Below are positions 1 through 13,669 of a stretch of 64,000 nt of DNA, piece by piece; the first letter of the stretch is position 1, and each line of letters opens with the position of its first letter. The notes below the pieces were generated by a model. It searched no databases. It saw nothing but the letters and a program-made list of their open reading frames with translations, and was not told the origin of the DNA. Origin of the DNA: Felis catus (lineage: Eukaryota); contig NC_058368.1 of assembly GCF_018350175.1 (NCBI RefSeq), forward strand, positions 49,106,001 to 49,170,000. Direction: 5' to 3'. A program made the position numbers and the translations under genes.

Positions 1-3000
1 TGCTTTCAAATTGAATATGCTTATATGTCCCTCAAGAGGATATGTAAAACTAGTAATATTTTAATGACGCCAAGAAAATCAATGGTGTCATGTACAGGCA
101 AAATGTTCAAAGGAGAATCCTCACATCCTCCTGTTTTCATCTGATTCTTTTATGTCAGACAAACTTGAGCCATAGACATTTAACTCAGTAGGTGTTAAAT
201 ACAGGATCTAGAGTCATACTAAAGACCCAGGACCCAAACTGTGAAGCCAAAGTGAGTATCATGTTGTTGATCTTATACATAACTCTGAAATAATTTCATT
301 CTGTTAGAAGGAAAAAAAAAAAAGCAGCTCCTGTCAGAGAGAGGAATATAATATTGCCAAACTCTCCAATTTGGCAAATACAGCAAACTATTAGCCGACC
401 ACACTGGGAATCTGGCTTCCTCATGGGGACCTATTGTTTATAGAAATATCACAGCTGAAAATAAGCAAATATTCCCCGTGAACTACTGTGATATAATTCA
501 CATGGCTGTTTAAGGATTTTTACAACCATTGAGGGAAAATCTATGGAAAATTTAAAATCATTACAAAGGTCCCTTTTGGTGCTTCTGAAAATTCTGATGC
601 CCTTTGAATATCCTGATGACTGTTTTCCCACTGACAAACAAAGACATCTGAAGCAAAGCCAGTTTGTGCTGTGTTGGGTCCCTAATACAAATTAGTGAAA
701 ATAGAACAAGCTTAGGATGAATGAAGTGTACTTGATAAAAATAAATCAAGGTTTGAAATATAACTGAACTTTGCTTATTTTCTTATAAAACCGATTTTAA
801 AATTTGAAATACTTTTTGAAATTCAGTCAAACAACCTGAATCCTATGACTGTTCAGAATATAGCTGACAATTTTACAGGCCACTTTAGGAGTGCTCTGGG
901 ACCTCCTGCTTCTGGCTGCATTAGGACAGAGCCAAAGCTACTTGACTTGCAAAGTGTTTGTTTGTTGCTAAGTACAGTAGAAAAGGCTAGGACATGCCAA
1001 AAAATTCGACAAGAGCAGTGAAGTAATGTTATCCTCTTTGTGAGTCTGTCTTCTAAACTTGTAAGAAAAAGATGTAGGCCTGGCCTTTAGGGTCCCCATC
1101 TTTAGCCAAGGCCTTCACCATACCGCCTATATAGTGATACAAATGCCCAGCTTTACCTGACAAAGGTCAGAAGTGTAAAGAATCAGGGAAGACAGTTGAG
1201 AACAGAAATACTTCAGACATCTTGTTCTCGCCCTATGGCAAGATGGGGTAAAGTAGACTCTCCATGCCTCTAACACACAGATATGCTGCAAAATATCATA
1301 TCTATCATCTATGTATCTAATCTTGAAAGGAATAATGGAAATCTTCAGACGCCAGAAGAAAGAGGAAACTCAAAGCCTAAGAGGTAAGCCCTACACTTAC
1401 ACTTTGGGGATATCAGGCCCAAATGCCAGGGCTTGAGTTCTTGTTATCCAAGTAGGGTCAAAGGCATAGCAATGGGCATGTGAGAAGAAAGGGGATGGAA
1501 ATCATGCCCCTTCATAAGGCCAAGACTTTTGGAAGGGTTGCCTTCTCCATGAAAGGGATTAGAGAGACCGTCCCACTGGAATAGGAAAGTACCTGGAATG
1601 AGACGTAGAAACAACAAGGCTCAACAGAAGCATCAAAGTCAACTTTTGTATTACCTGCAAACCATCTGGTGTTCCACTTTCAATTTATGAAATTAACAAA
1701 AAAATTCCTGATTGGTACTAATGCCCCTAATATGGTACAAAACAAAACATAGCTCCTTGGGAATGCTATGATAAGGACTTTTCTATGGACCTTCCTTGGA
1801 AAATACATCTGCATGAAATAAGACTCTACCCTGTCAAAGAGTCAGAAGACACAGAAAATACAAGTGAGGAAAAAAATAGAATAAGTATCATAAACCATGA
1901 ATAGATTACTATGAAAAACACAGAATTTAAAAAAATAACTTCAAGAAGTGGAAGTCATTGAAATGAGATCAAGGAATGTGTTAACATATTTTACACAGCT
2001 AAATTGAAAAACAGATCTGAAAAACTAACTAGAGTTCTGTACCCAGACAAAAAAATAGAACATCTGAGATATCAAAAGGTATGGGGGAAAGAATAAGAAT
2101 AACCAAAATTAGAGTTCTAAAAGGAGAGAAGAGAAAAAATGTGGTAAAGACAGTATTCCATGATATAATGGTAAGAAATTTTCTGGAATTAATAAAAGAC
2201 ATGAATCACCATATTGGTGAAGCCCTCCTAATTTATCTCAGAGATAAATTAAAGCAAACCTATACCTATATTCCTATTAGTAAAACCGCCAAACAGCAAA
2301 CAAAGAGACAAATAAAATAATCTTATCAGCTCCTATGCTGCCCTTCCCCTGTCCAGAAGGATATGTTACCAAACATCGGTAGGGCAATGTAAGAAAGGAA
2401 AATTGTGGACCAATATTATTTATAATCACAAATACAAAAATAGTAAAATATTATCACATCAAATATAACAACTGAAACATTTACCCAATGAAGGAAAGAA
2501 TAGTTTAATGTCTGTTAGTATAATTCATCGCAGAGATAATATTAACTGGATAAAAAAAGAAACAGAATGATGAATTAAATAGATGTAGAAAAAGTACATG
2601 TAAAATTCCATCCCAATTCGTGATACAAATTCTTAGCAGTCTATAAAAGAAAGTACCTTCCTTAACCTTACAAAAGGTATCTGCCAATACATTACAAGGA
2701 ACGTTGTATTTAACGATGAGAGGTTAGAAGCACTGCCTTTAAAGTAAAGGCTGGGACAAGGATATCTGTTTCATTCTCCTACCATTCAACATTTTTATTG
2801 GAGAGTGTAAACATTGCAGTAAGACAAAAAAGATAAAGGAGTAAAAAAGAAAAAAAAGTAGAAGTCTAAGAACTGCAAAGGATAAAATAAAATCTTCATT
2901 TGTTACAGATAAGATTACCCATAAATAAAATCAATCTAAGAAAATATTTGAATCCATACTAATAATAGTGTTCAGAAAGTTTGCTCAATTAAACCTCGAA

Positions 3001-3127
3001 ATAGAAATTTGATATATAGCATTCTATTAAAGAATTTAATGATCTCATCCTCAATAGCAACAAAAACATCTAAGGTACTTAGGAATAAATCTAACAAAAC
3101 ACATGCAATTTTTAAATTAAAGTTTCT

Positions 3128-3352
3128 GGGGCGCCGGGGTGTCTCAGTCCATTAAGTGTCCGACTTCGGCTCAGTTCACAATCTCAAGGTCCATGAGTTC
3201 GAGCCTGAGCTGGGCTTTGTGCTGACAGCTCAGAGCCTGGAGCCTGCTTCAGATTCTGTGTCTCCCTTTTCTCCGCACCTCCCCGGCTTGCATTCTGTCT
3301 CTCTGTCTCTCTGTCTCTCTCAAAAATAAATAAACATTAATTTTTTTTAAAA
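3128..3352 (+). mobile_element. Can-SINE (felid SINEC type)
   Basis: 'ggggcgccggggtgtctcagtc' tRNA-like head, 'gagttcgagcc' B box, (CT)n tract, 'aaaataaataaacatt' tail; flanks aaagtttct/aaagttct. Confidence 0.95.
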
Positions 3353-4408
3353 AGTTCTCAAACTTCAGAGGTAAATGAGAGACATATACATACATGTACA
3401 TACACACACGTGTGTGTGCCCACACACACATACTCAGTCAATATCATAGACAAGCCAGTTCCACTGATTTAATCTACAGATTTAATTTACTTCCAATAAA
3501 AAAATCCAATAAGATTTTTATTTTTTGAGAATTTAGCCAGTTTATTGTAATATTCACATGGAAACATAAATGGCTAAAAGTTGTCAAAAACAATTTAAGG
3601 AAAAATAAAATGGGAGCGCTCCTGGTCTCCTGTAGAGATGAAAAATCTATGCAGCTAGAATGATTTATATTCGTTGATATTGGCACAGTGTCAGATAAAT
3701 ATAAAAGTAGAACGAAATATGGAGCATAGAAACAGACTAATGCACATAAGAAACTTATTAAATGACAAACATGTCATTACAATTCAATGAGGAATGAATA
3801 GGCTATTAATTGGAATATGTTGGGACAATTGGCTATCCATATGGAAGATAATAATATTGTATCAACATATTGTAAACAAAAATAAACTCCAGATGCATAA
3901 AATACATAAGAGGAAAAAAATTTTAATTGAAAAAAATTAGAGGAGGATTTAATGATATGGAAGTATGGAAAATTTCATAAGCAAGCCAAAACCCACAAAA
4001 ACGTAAATATTGATTAATTAGACTTCATTCAAAACATTCTACACTAAAAAGATACAAAAGTATTTTTTAAGCCACAAACTAAAAAGATATTTGCAACACC
4101 TATAATTGACACAGTGTTAGTTTTTAGTACATACACATAATTTCTACAAATCTGTTAGAAAAAGATAGATAATTTAATGAAATATAGACAATAAAGATGA
4201 AAAGATAATTCCCTGAGGAAAAAAATCTCAATAGTCGATGTAAATGTGAAAAGATGCTCTACTTCTAATCAGGGAATTCAAATTAAGATAATCATGGGTT
4301 TTTATTTCATACGCATCCAGTTGGCAAAAATGAAGAAATCTGTTAATATCAAGTATTGGCAAGGATGAAACAGGAATTCTCCTGTGTTATATGTAAATGG
4401 AAAGCCAC

Positions 4409-4860
4409 TGTATTGGTCAGGATCCCAGCAGGAAACAGATGGTACACTCAAAAGAAGTAATTGAAGAGTCCTGTAGTGAAGGGCTATTTACAAAGTTGAA
4501 AGTAAAGGCTAAGAGAAGTTGACAAGGGGTGGTGAAGCACTATGGGGTTAATAATAGTAGGAAGCTGTTACTACCTTTAGGCCTGAAGGGTGATGACAGG
4601 GATGGCAGTCTTTTTAGGAGTGAGTCACCTAGCTGAACTAGAGACTGATAAACCACATCCCACCAGGTGGGGGGCATATTTACCCCAACCTCGGACCTCT
4701 GATCTTCTGCTGGTACTTTCTATTGGCTAAACCCAATAGAAGCCTAAGGTCATGGGAACCAAGTTGATGTGGCTCATAATGGGCTAGTCTTTTGGGTCAC
4801 AGAGCAGTGTGGGAAAGAATGGACAGTGTCAGGAAGGGCAGATGGAAACTATCCAGTATA
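4409..4860. mobile_element. Solo ERVL-class LTR inserted in the old L1
   Basis: Starts TG ('tgtattggtcaggatcccagcaggaaacagatgg'); 5-bp TSD gccac (4404-4408) / accac (4861-4865); the L1 phrase 'tgtaaatggaaagccac|gctggaaa' rejoins across it. Confidence 0.75.
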
Positions 4861-5220
4861 ACCACGCTGGAAAGAAATATGATAATAGTTAGTAGGTTTG
4901 AATATATGTACATCCTAGAAGCTAGGGTACCATTTCTAGGTATACACTCAAGAGACTCACACACGTGGACAAGAAAACATGAGCATTCTTGCACACTGAA
5001 GAATTGTTTATAATAGCAAAGGATTTTGCAACAATCCTAACGTCCATTAATACAAAATTGGATATGTATCAGATATATGGAGAGTAGAATACCATATAGT
5101 AATAAGTACAAGGGAACTAGAGTTATAGATAAGTCTAGAAATAATGCTCACATAAAATGTGAGCAAACTGCAAAAGCCTACAACTTAAAATTATATGATT
5201 TAGATACATTTTTCTAAAAA

Positions 5221-5223
<3 letters not shown>

Positions 5224-5259
<36 letters not shown>
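5224..5259. repeat. (CA)n microsatellite
   Basis: Directly visible CA run. Confidence 0.95.
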
Positions 5260-5261
<2 letters not shown>

Positions 5262-6381
5262 GTTCTTTTTTCATGGAAACATGCATGTGTAGTAACAGAA
5301 TAAACTCCCATATAAGAAGGGAACACACCAACTTCAGGATAGCAGTCACCTCTGGAAAGAGAATGGAAACAGAGAATTGTCTTCATTTGCATCTAATAAT
5401 GTGTTTATTATGTAATAAAGAGATTCGAAAGAAAAAACTGCTACAAACTTTCAAGTACAAGTCTATACGTGAGTATGTTTTCAGTTCTTTTCTCAGAAGT
5501 GGGATTGCGGGGTTTTGTAATAAGGTTAACTTTATAAAAATGCTATTAAGTTTTTCAAAGTGGTTTCATCCTTTTACCTTCATAGTAGCCTTGTTATAGT
5601 TGTTCCATATTAATACAACACTTGGTATTGTCAGACATTCTAACTTAGCTTTGTATTTTTTTTTCAGGTTTGAATTATTTTGTGATTTTTAAATATGGGA
5701 ACAACAGTGTTAGTCTCATTCTAACTTCGTAAATCTGGCTTCTTTAATGAACCATTGATTCATAGGGTAAACTAATCTGGAGTGAAATTTCTTAGTGAAA
5801 ATTACTAAAATGAGAAGCATTTTAGCATCCCTTCAATGTCTGAAAAGCTTAATTGTTCTACTCAGATTCAGGAATCTACAAGCTTCTGGACATTAATTTA
5901 TCAATTAGTTGCATATGAGCTACGAGTACAGTTCTGCTCCACCAAAGGCATGGCAGGCTACAAAGCATATGTACAAAGTGCTATTTGAACCTTCATAGAC
6001 GTTTCTACTTGGTGAGAACATTTTAGGCTTCCTAGCTGCTTTGGTTAGGGAAGTTCTTTAAACATTATTAAATTGATTATTTGATTTGCAAAGAGAAATG
6101 AGTGCCATTCCAGCTTCTTTTCTGGGAATGCAGCGTGAAACAGGTGGGTAGGTAGCACAAACGCCAGAGCTGTTTCCTCGGTTGTGGAAGTTCTCCCTTC
6201 ACACATACAGGGTGGGTATGAACATGATCTCTGGTGGGCACTGTGTCACCTGTGTGCTTATTACAACTCCAGATGCCTGGGTGTGACCTAGACAGAACCT
6301 GAGTGTCTGAATGTACAATTACATGTTTTTGTCTTTGTTTCTTTTTAATAATCTCTACAAGTGATTCTTATGTACAACAAA

Positions 6382-6554
6382 CGTCTTAGTTCAGGCTGCC
6401 ATACAAATAGCATAGACTGGGTGGCTTAAGCAACAGAAATTTATTTTCTCACATATCTGAAGGCTGAAAAATCCAAGATCAAGATACTAGCCAACTTTGT
6501 TTCTGGTGAAAGCTCTCTTTCTGGCTTGTAAACAGTCACCTTCATGCCTCACAT

Positions 6555-6637
<83 letters not shown>

Positions 6638-8493
6638 GAGGGGGAGGGAGAGAGAGAGAAGGGGGAGGGAGAAAGAGAGAGAAACAGGGAAAGGAAAAGA
6701 ACTTTGGTAGTATTCTTATAGGACTCTAATCTTATCAGGACCCCACTCTTAAGACCATATTTAATTCCTTTCTTACTTTGAATACTGTAACATTAGAAAT
6801 TAGGGCTTAAACATATGAATTTTGGAAAAACAAAATTCAGTCATAATATTACACCCCTGGCCCTTCAAAATTCATGTCTTCATTTCATGGAAAATAACTT
6901 GCGTTGCATCTCAACAGCCCCTAGGGCTCAGCCCATCCTAGTACAAATTTTAAAGCTTAAGTCCAAAGTCTCATCTAAATATTGTCTAAATCAGTCATGG
7001 GTGATACTTGAAATATGATTGATCCTGAGGCAAAATTCCTCTCCTGTTATGAACTAAGAAACCAGGCAGGTTATGTGCTTCTAATATACAGTGGTGGAGA
7101 GGCATGGGGTAGATATTCTCACTTCAAAAGTTAGAAATAGACAAGAAGAAATGGATGGTCATTCCCAAGTAAGTCCAAAACCTAGCAAGGCAAATTCAAT
7201 TTGATCTTAAGGCTCAAGAATAGTCCTCTTTGGTTTCATGTCCTGCCTTCCAGACTCAAGAGTTGGGGGAGGGGGCAGTCCCAACACTGTTGGGTGGGGG
7301 TTGCACCTTCAAGACTATAGGGCAGCCCTACATCCAAGGCTTCAGGTAGAGGCTATCTCTTCCTGTTGAAACTGAGGCAATGGACCCACCCTTTGAAACT
7401 GAGGGAGTGGCCCTTATGTTCCCTGAATCGGTGCATTCATCTCTTTTCTTGAAAAACAGTACATATTTGCAAGTGAATAATTCTATGTCTTGTGCTGTAG
7501 GATCTAGGAATTCTGACAGGCTTCCTTCATTTTGTCTCACTTTTTCTTTCCCCTTTAGTCTTAGCTGGCAGTGTTTCACTGGTATAATCCCATATCTAGT
7601 CCTATATTCTACTACAATGATTGATAGGTACATGTATTACACTCATATTCTTATTACAAATTATTCTTCAGCCATACCCTTAGTGTTCTCTTTAGAACAA
7701 ACTTTCTCACTTATTTGCAATATGGATAGGATGAGGATTTTCTAAATCTTTGAGTTCTGGTTCCTTTTTGCTTAATATTTTCCTCTTTAATTCACCTCTC
7801 TGCTTTGGCAATTTATTATAAGCATTTGGGGTACCAACTGCTCCTTCAACACTTTGCTTAGAAATCTCTTCAGCTAAATATGCAATTTCATTGCTCCCAA
7901 ACTCTACCTTTCAAAAGCATTAGAACACAGTTCAGCCAAGTTCTTTGTCATTTTATAACAAGGATCACCTTTCCTCCAGTTTCCAAAACTTATTTCTCAT
8001 TTCCATGTGGGACCTTATAGAATCATCCTTAACATCCATATTTCTAGCATGCATCTCAAAACTCTCCCAGCCTCTACCCATTAACCTGTTCCAAAGCTGT
8101 CTCCATATGTTTAAGTCTTTGTGACAGTACCTTACTCTCAGTACCAAAATCTCTTAGCGTGGGCTGTGATTACAAATACCATAAATAAACAAAGGCCTTA
8201 AGTAGCAGAAATTAATTTTCTCACAGTTCTGGCAACCAGAAGTCTGAGATCAAGGTGTTGGTAATGTTTGTTTTCTGGTGAGGGCCCTCTTCCTGACTTT
8301 CAGGTGGCTGCCTTCTTACATGGCAGAGAGAGAATGTGCAAACTCTCTCATATATCTTCCTGTGAGGACACTAATCCTATCAGGACCTTGATGATATCAC
8401 TTAAGTACTTCCTTATTCCAAATAACATCCCATTGTGGATTAGGCCTTCAAAATATGATTCAGGGAAGGGGGGATGCAATTCAGTCAATAGCA
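6382..8493 (-). mobile_element. MaLR (MLT1A-like) provirus: LTR ~6382-6848, internal ~6849-8150, LTR ~8151-8493
   Basis: Two related LTR copies ('cttagttcaggctgccatacaaatagcataga...cagaaatttattttctcaca...tccaagatcaag' vs 'cttagcgtgggctgtgattacaaataccata...cagaaattaattttctcaca...tctgagatcaagg'); MaLR-internal start 'cacccctggcccttcaaaattcatgtc' and end 'ctctcagtaccaaaat'; sits inside a MER5-like fragment. Confidence 0.85.
6557..6634. repeat. Compound (GT)n(GA)n microsatellite within the MaLR LTR
   Basis: Directly visible; it produces the spurious CVCV/ERER ORF at 6497-6721. Confidence 0.95.
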
Positions 8494-8530
8494 CCAAGGT
8501 TTTATAAGATTGAAAGAGAGACTGTTTTTA

Positions 8531-8727
8531 TTTTTATTTATGTTTATTTATTTTTGAGAGAGAGAGCGTGAGTGGGGAGGGGAGGAGAGAGAGAGGGAGA
8601 CAGGCGATCCGAAGCAGGCTTTGCACTAACAACAGAGAGCCTGATGTGGAGCTTGAACTCATGAACTGTGAGATCATGACCTGACATGAAGTCAGATGCT
8701 TAACCAACTGAGCCACCCAGGCACCCC
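8531..8727 (-). mobile_element. Can-SINE
   Basis: Ends 'gagccacccaggcacccc'; perfect 17-bp TSD aagagagactgttttta (8514-8530 / 8728-8744). Confidence 0.97.
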
Positions 8728-9099
8728 AAGAGAGACTGTTTTTAAATCCCACAACCTCACAAGGAATATCACTTATTATGAAAGATTTTCCCTATCAAAT
8801 ATTAAGTAATATATTTTTCAAATAAGATAATCAAGTTGGTAACACTGAATTGATATTACTTTAGTCAAAAGAGAATAACTTGGTATGGCAGGTAGCCTGT
8901 GTAGCTTTGGGGTAATTATTTTCTTACTCTTCTTGAAATATTAAAAATGGTATAGCAGACTTCAGTCAAGAAACTAAGTTATGATTTATTGCATATATTT
9001 ATATGTCTTATCTCTGATGAGATTTTAACAGCATTTTTCCCTTAGAACATTATCTATCATGTGAAACACACAGTAAGTTACTGATTGATTTTATATTCG

Positions 9100-9960
9100 A
9101 TAAAACAATGTTTTAAAAGCTTATTATAGAAGATTTCAAAAACATGTAGAAGTAGGAAATAAATAATAATGAGTCCCTCATATCATGCCCACGACTCAGT
9201 TCCAACAATCATCCCCACATGGCCATTAATATTTCACCTATACTTCTGTTTTTATTTTTAAATTTTGTTTGCTTTTAGAGAGAAAAACAGAGAGTGTGTG
9301 TGAGTAGGGGAGAGGGGCAGAGGGAGATACAAAAAGAGAATCTTAAGCAGGCTGTATGCTCAGCATAGAGCCTGATGCAGGGCTCAATCCCACTACTCTG
9401 GGATCATGACCTGAGCTGAAATCGAGTTGGATACTCAACAAACTGAGCCATCCAACTGCCCCTCACCTATACCTCTATCTTTTCCTTAAAAAGTCGAAGG
9501 AAGTATCATAAGCCATATTACTTCACCTATAAATATTTAACTATATATCTCTAAAAAATACTTAAAAAACATTTCTAATAGTCCATGATCACATCTAAAA
9601 TAATTAATAATCTATATAATCGAGTATTCCATCCATATTTTCCTAATTTTCTCTAAAATTTCAATTAGTATCTAAACAAGGCCCATATGTTGCAACTGGT
9701 TGTCTCTTTTTATACACAAGTTTCCTCATCATCTTTTTTCTTCTTCTTATATTTGTTAAAGAAACTAGGTCTTTGGTTCTGTAGAGTATCTTTCATTCTC
9801 CATTTTGCTGATTGCATCCTATTTATTGTTTAACATATATCTGTATCCTTTATATTTCTTAATATTGGTAGGTAGACCTAGAGATTTGATCAAAGTCCCA
9901 TTTCATTTTTGGCAAGAGTGCTTTAGAAGATTTTTCTTTTTATTGGAAGCAGCTAATATC
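9100..9960 (-). mobile_element. Old L1 3'-region fragment (L1MC/ME-like), split by a SINE
   Basis: T-rich + strand with phrases typical of reversed old L1 3' ends ('ttgttaaagaaactaggtc', 'ttttgctgattgcatcc'). Confidence 0.55.
9248..9462 (-). mobile_element. Can-SINE (older subtype)
   Basis: 'gatcatgacctgagctgaaatc...ctgagccatccaactgcccc'; TSD tcacctatac(t/c)tct at 9234-9247 / 9463-9476. Confidence 0.93.
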
Positions 9961-10539
9961 TGTTTGTCTTTAGTTTTTGAAGAAAGCAACATTAACGATG
10001 AAATTTTATTAGGGCCTGATCACAGTAATTGTTGAAAATCAAAGGAATAAGGTGATATAAGGTCATATAATTAAAAAAAAATCAGGATAAGAATGGAAGT
10101 GGAAAAATAATGGGGTTCTAATCAAACACTTTCTAATTTGTCATCCCTCCTGCTAACCCCAGACTATTATGTGTTATTTGTTAAAGAATAAAAGTGTAGA
10201 TATTAAAAGGGAGTGTTTAGTGACAGAGCAGAGAGTTAGGTGTCTAGGCTAATGATGCCAGCACCTTAGCTGCTTTTCTCTCCACTTTCAAAGATGTAGT
10301 AAAACAAATGCTTCCTTTGGCAAATTTTGGTCAGAATTCTGATTTCTTTTCGTAACACTGGTTCTTCAGAAATTATAGATCTTGGAGTTCCCTAATTCTA
10401 CTCAGAAAATGATATTTTCTACTGGAAAGGTAACTTCATGCTGCTGACTCAAGTGGCCATTTAATTATTCTCCCACTCATTCAGAGGGTAAATGTAAAGT
10501 CATCACTGTCTATATACCGAAGCATGAGTGAGAGGCTCC

Positions 10540-10780
10540 ACAGCATGCTAGCATATAGATGGCTTTTAGAATCAAACAGATTAAATTTCAGATCCTCTCT
10601 TAGTCACCAATTAGCCCTGATGCCTGGGTAGTGCAATTATCTTATCTATGCCTTCGTTTCTTATCCTACAAAATGGAGATCGTAATCCCTACCTCACAAG
10701 TTTCTTGTATTAAATATCAGGCACATGAGACAATGCATTGCTCTTGTCACATGGTGGGTGATAATAAATGAAATGCACTA
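10540..10780 (+). mobile_element. MIR fragment
   Basis: Degenerate MIR core ('ggcttttagaatcaaacaga', 'tttcttatcctacaaaatggagat', 'ctacctcaca'). Confidence 0.65.
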
Positions 10781-11367
10781 TTGGCATAATGAGTATTTAT
10801 TCAATGAATAGTTGTTTCCTACTTTTTTTTTTTTACCTCCTTAACTCACATTCTATCATCATCTATAAATGTAGTAAAAGTGTATAGGAGGCTAGTTCCA
10901 CATTAATGTTCGGCAAAACTATTAAGAAAAAAAGTACTGAACACAGAAAAGACATGAAATAATAGTCATTGAGAGGACTCCAAATATTTCAGATTAGAAA
11001 AAATAGATGTTTTAAAGTCAAGGATACTGAACTGTTCCTGTTTTATTAATGTATTTCTAAAAGTGTAGCCCAGGCTAAATGATTTATGACAGCACTTTGT
11101 AGTATATTAGTAGTGCCCTGTAGTATATTTTGTAAATACAGTGACATTTTAGCGATAAGAGCTCTCATTACATGTCTCTGTTATTAAATCATTCCTCCAA
11201 AGACAGGTTAAACTGCCAGGTTTTGGGTAAGAATTATAGGGTTTATAGATTCATGAAGTGAAAATCAGTATGCCTGAGCTATGTAATGTATATTCACTGT
11301 GAAGGTGGTACATAACAGTACAAGAAATGATTACAATACCAGGGATGCAAAAAAGTGAGCAAAAGAA

Positions 11368-11369
<2 letters not shown>

Positions 11370-11414
<45 letters not shown>
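11370..11414. repeat. (GT)n microsatellite
   Basis: Directly visible. Confidence 0.95.
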
Positions 11415-11416
<2 letters not shown>

Positions 11417-12113
11417 CCCCTCCTAGAGTGACTTTCACTGTCACTCTTTGCTTAAATGAAAATAACATGTCACTAGCAGCATTATCATTTTCATTTGGCT
11501 TAATAAAAAAATTGTGATCATCTTGGCAGTTATTTTCATTAAAGACTTTAAGTCAGATTTAGATTAGGACACCCTGCTGGCCTCATTGACAGAGGGCTGA
11601 ATGCTATGCTTGAGCTAAAATTCTGGCAGTTCTTAAAAGAAATGAAAATAAAATCGATCAAGTATACATTTTGATGAAATGGTACTGACTCCAATACAGT
11701 CATTGCCACATTTTCATTTATTAGAGAATTGAACCAAAGAAGTCCATAGAATGCCAATGTGGCAATGTTGTCTGATTTGACACAGGTACTCAATGTAAGT
11801 CAGAACTGTACCCATAAGGAGTGGTGTAGGCCAATTGTACTTCGCAGGAGAGTTGCTGAGTCTGTTACATCAAATGAGTACTTCTTTATCAAATAAAGTA
11901 AATAAGCATGTAGATCTTTTATAAGTAGATGAATATTGATTATTGAGTTTTCTACTCAGGACAACAACAACAAAAGTCATCATCTTATACCGTTCTTGTT
12001 CTACAGAACCTTGCTTACAGAATTGGGGATACAGAACACCAAGATAAGATTTCAAAGAACAGTAAAATAATTTAGGTCACATAATCTATACCATTTTCGG
12101 AATGGCATATATC

Positions 12114-12279
12114 AATGGTTCTTAGTCTTCAGCTAGCATTGGAATGACTTGGAGAACTTGTTAAAACACCAGTTGTTGGGCCCTCAACTCCAGAGGTATT
12201 TGATTCAGTAGGTCTGGAGTGGGTTTCATGAATTTGCATTTCTAACCAGTTCCCAGGTAATACAGCCACTGCTGGTCTG
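12114..12279. mobile_element. MER5A-like hAT MITE
   Basis: 'tgattcagtaggtctggagtggg...gaatttgcatttctaaccagttcccagg' MER5A core. Confidence 0.8.
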
Positions 12280-12422
12280 AGCAGGGGAGGAGAAGAGACA
12301 GAGGGAAACAGAAAACCTTAAGCAGGCTCCATGCTGCTAGGTTGAACCTACGAACTATGAGATCATGACCTGAGCTAAAAGCAAGTCAGAGGCTTAACCA
12401 ACTGAGCCACCCAGGCAACCCC
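12280..12422 (-). mobile_element. Tail-less Can-SINE inside MER5A, followed by a poly-C run
   Basis: 'gatcatgacctgagc...gagccacccaggc'; no T-rich tail on the + strand; C run at 12419-12434. Confidence 0.85.
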
Positions 12423-12988
12423 CCCCCCCCCCCCGCCCATCATTCTTGAGATGTTCTGGTATATATTCTGTGGATGTCCTTAAGTCAATTTCCCATATCC
12501 TAGCAGCTGGGAGAATGTAAGGGTCTGTTTGGAGATGTCTCAGATGGTTATCTTTCATTTTATTTTTTTCTTTTATTCAACAAATACTGAATGCTCATTT
12601 ACAGTCACTGGGTCCTAAACATACAGTTGTGAATAAAACCTAGGTAATAATTGCTTTTAATGTGCCTAAAAGTTAACTATGAAATTCTGATAAAGTGTGT
12701 GATGATTATGAGTATCCTCTGTAACAAAAGAGAGGGACACCACCCAGACTTACAAGGTGGACACGGAAGCCTATAAATTTTAAATCAGTGTCTTCTCCCC
12801 TGAATTGATGTGAGAGCTTCCTTAGAATGTTCAACATGCTACCTTTCTTAGCTACTCCCCAAATCCTCACAACATCACTATCCTCTTATAAAAATGCAAA
12901 TGTGATCATATCATTCTTATGCCTAAAAACTCCTCTGTCTTCAGGATAATATCCAAACCTCTCCTTCATGATCTTTTCCAGTCTATAC

Positions 12989-13669
12989 TTTTTTTTTTAA
13001 TTTTTTTTTAAATTTTTTTTATTTTTTTCAATATATGAAACTTATTGTCAAATTGGTTTCCATACAAAACCCAGTGCTGATCCCAAAAGGTGCCCTCCTC
13101 AATACCCATCACCCACCCTCCCCGCCCTCCCACCCCCCATCAACCCTCAGTTTGTTCTCAGTTTTTAAGAGTCTCTTATGCTTTGGCTCTCTCCCACTCT
13201 AACCTCTTTTTTTTTTCTTCCTTCCCCTCCCCCATGGGTTTCTGTTAGTTTCTCAGGATCCACATAAGAGTGAAACCATATGGTATCTGTCTTTCTCTGT
13301 ATGGCTTATTTCACTTAGCATAACACTCTCCAGTTCCATCCACGTTGCTACAAAGGGCCATATTTCATTCTTTCTCATTGCCACATAGTATTCCATTGTG
13401 TATATAAACCACAATTTCTTTATCCACTCATCAGTTGATGGACATTTAGGCTCTTTCCATAATTTGGCTATTGTTGAGAGTGCTGCTATAAACATTGGGG
13501 TACAAGTGCCCCTATGCATCAGTACTCCTGTATTCCTTGGGTAAATTCCTAGCAGTGCTACTGCTGGGTCATAGGGTAGGTCTATTTTTAATTTTTTTAG
13601 GAACCTCCACACTGTTTTCCAGAGTGGCTGCACCAGTTTGCATTCCCACCAACAGTGCAAGAGGGTTCC
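12989..13669 (-). mobile_element. Young 5'-truncated felid L1: 3' UTR plus open ORF2 C-terminus (13253-13660)
   Basis: Translation [31 protein letters not shown]...[19 protein letters not shown] is the L1 ORF2p C-terminal Cys-rich domain; poly-T tail from 12989. Confidence 0.97.

Larger units (their letters stand above)
1210..5400 (+). mobile_element. Ancient, fragmented LINE-1 (L1M/L1ME-like): 5' region, ORF1/ORF2 remnants and 3' end; interrupted by a SINE and an LTR
   Basis: A-rich + strand with degenerate L1 phrases ('aggaataaatctaacaaaa', 'gagcatagaaacagac', 'gggacaattggctatccatatgg', 'ccatttctaggtata'); no intact ORF; boundaries approximate. Confidence 0.75.

Noticed and set aside
3128..3210. 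tRNA-like A/B boxes as tRNA genes
   Set aside because: Heads of tRNA-derived SINEs followed by (CT)n and A tails; no complete cloverleaf.
6497..6721. ORFs with CVCV/ERER/HTHT/YIYI runs (also 5135, 27626, 50511, 57209)
   Set aside because: Translations of microsatellites.
13253..13660. 135-aa ORF as a host gene
   Set aside because: It is the C-terminus of L1 ORF2p in a 5'-truncated copy, with no promoter or real start.
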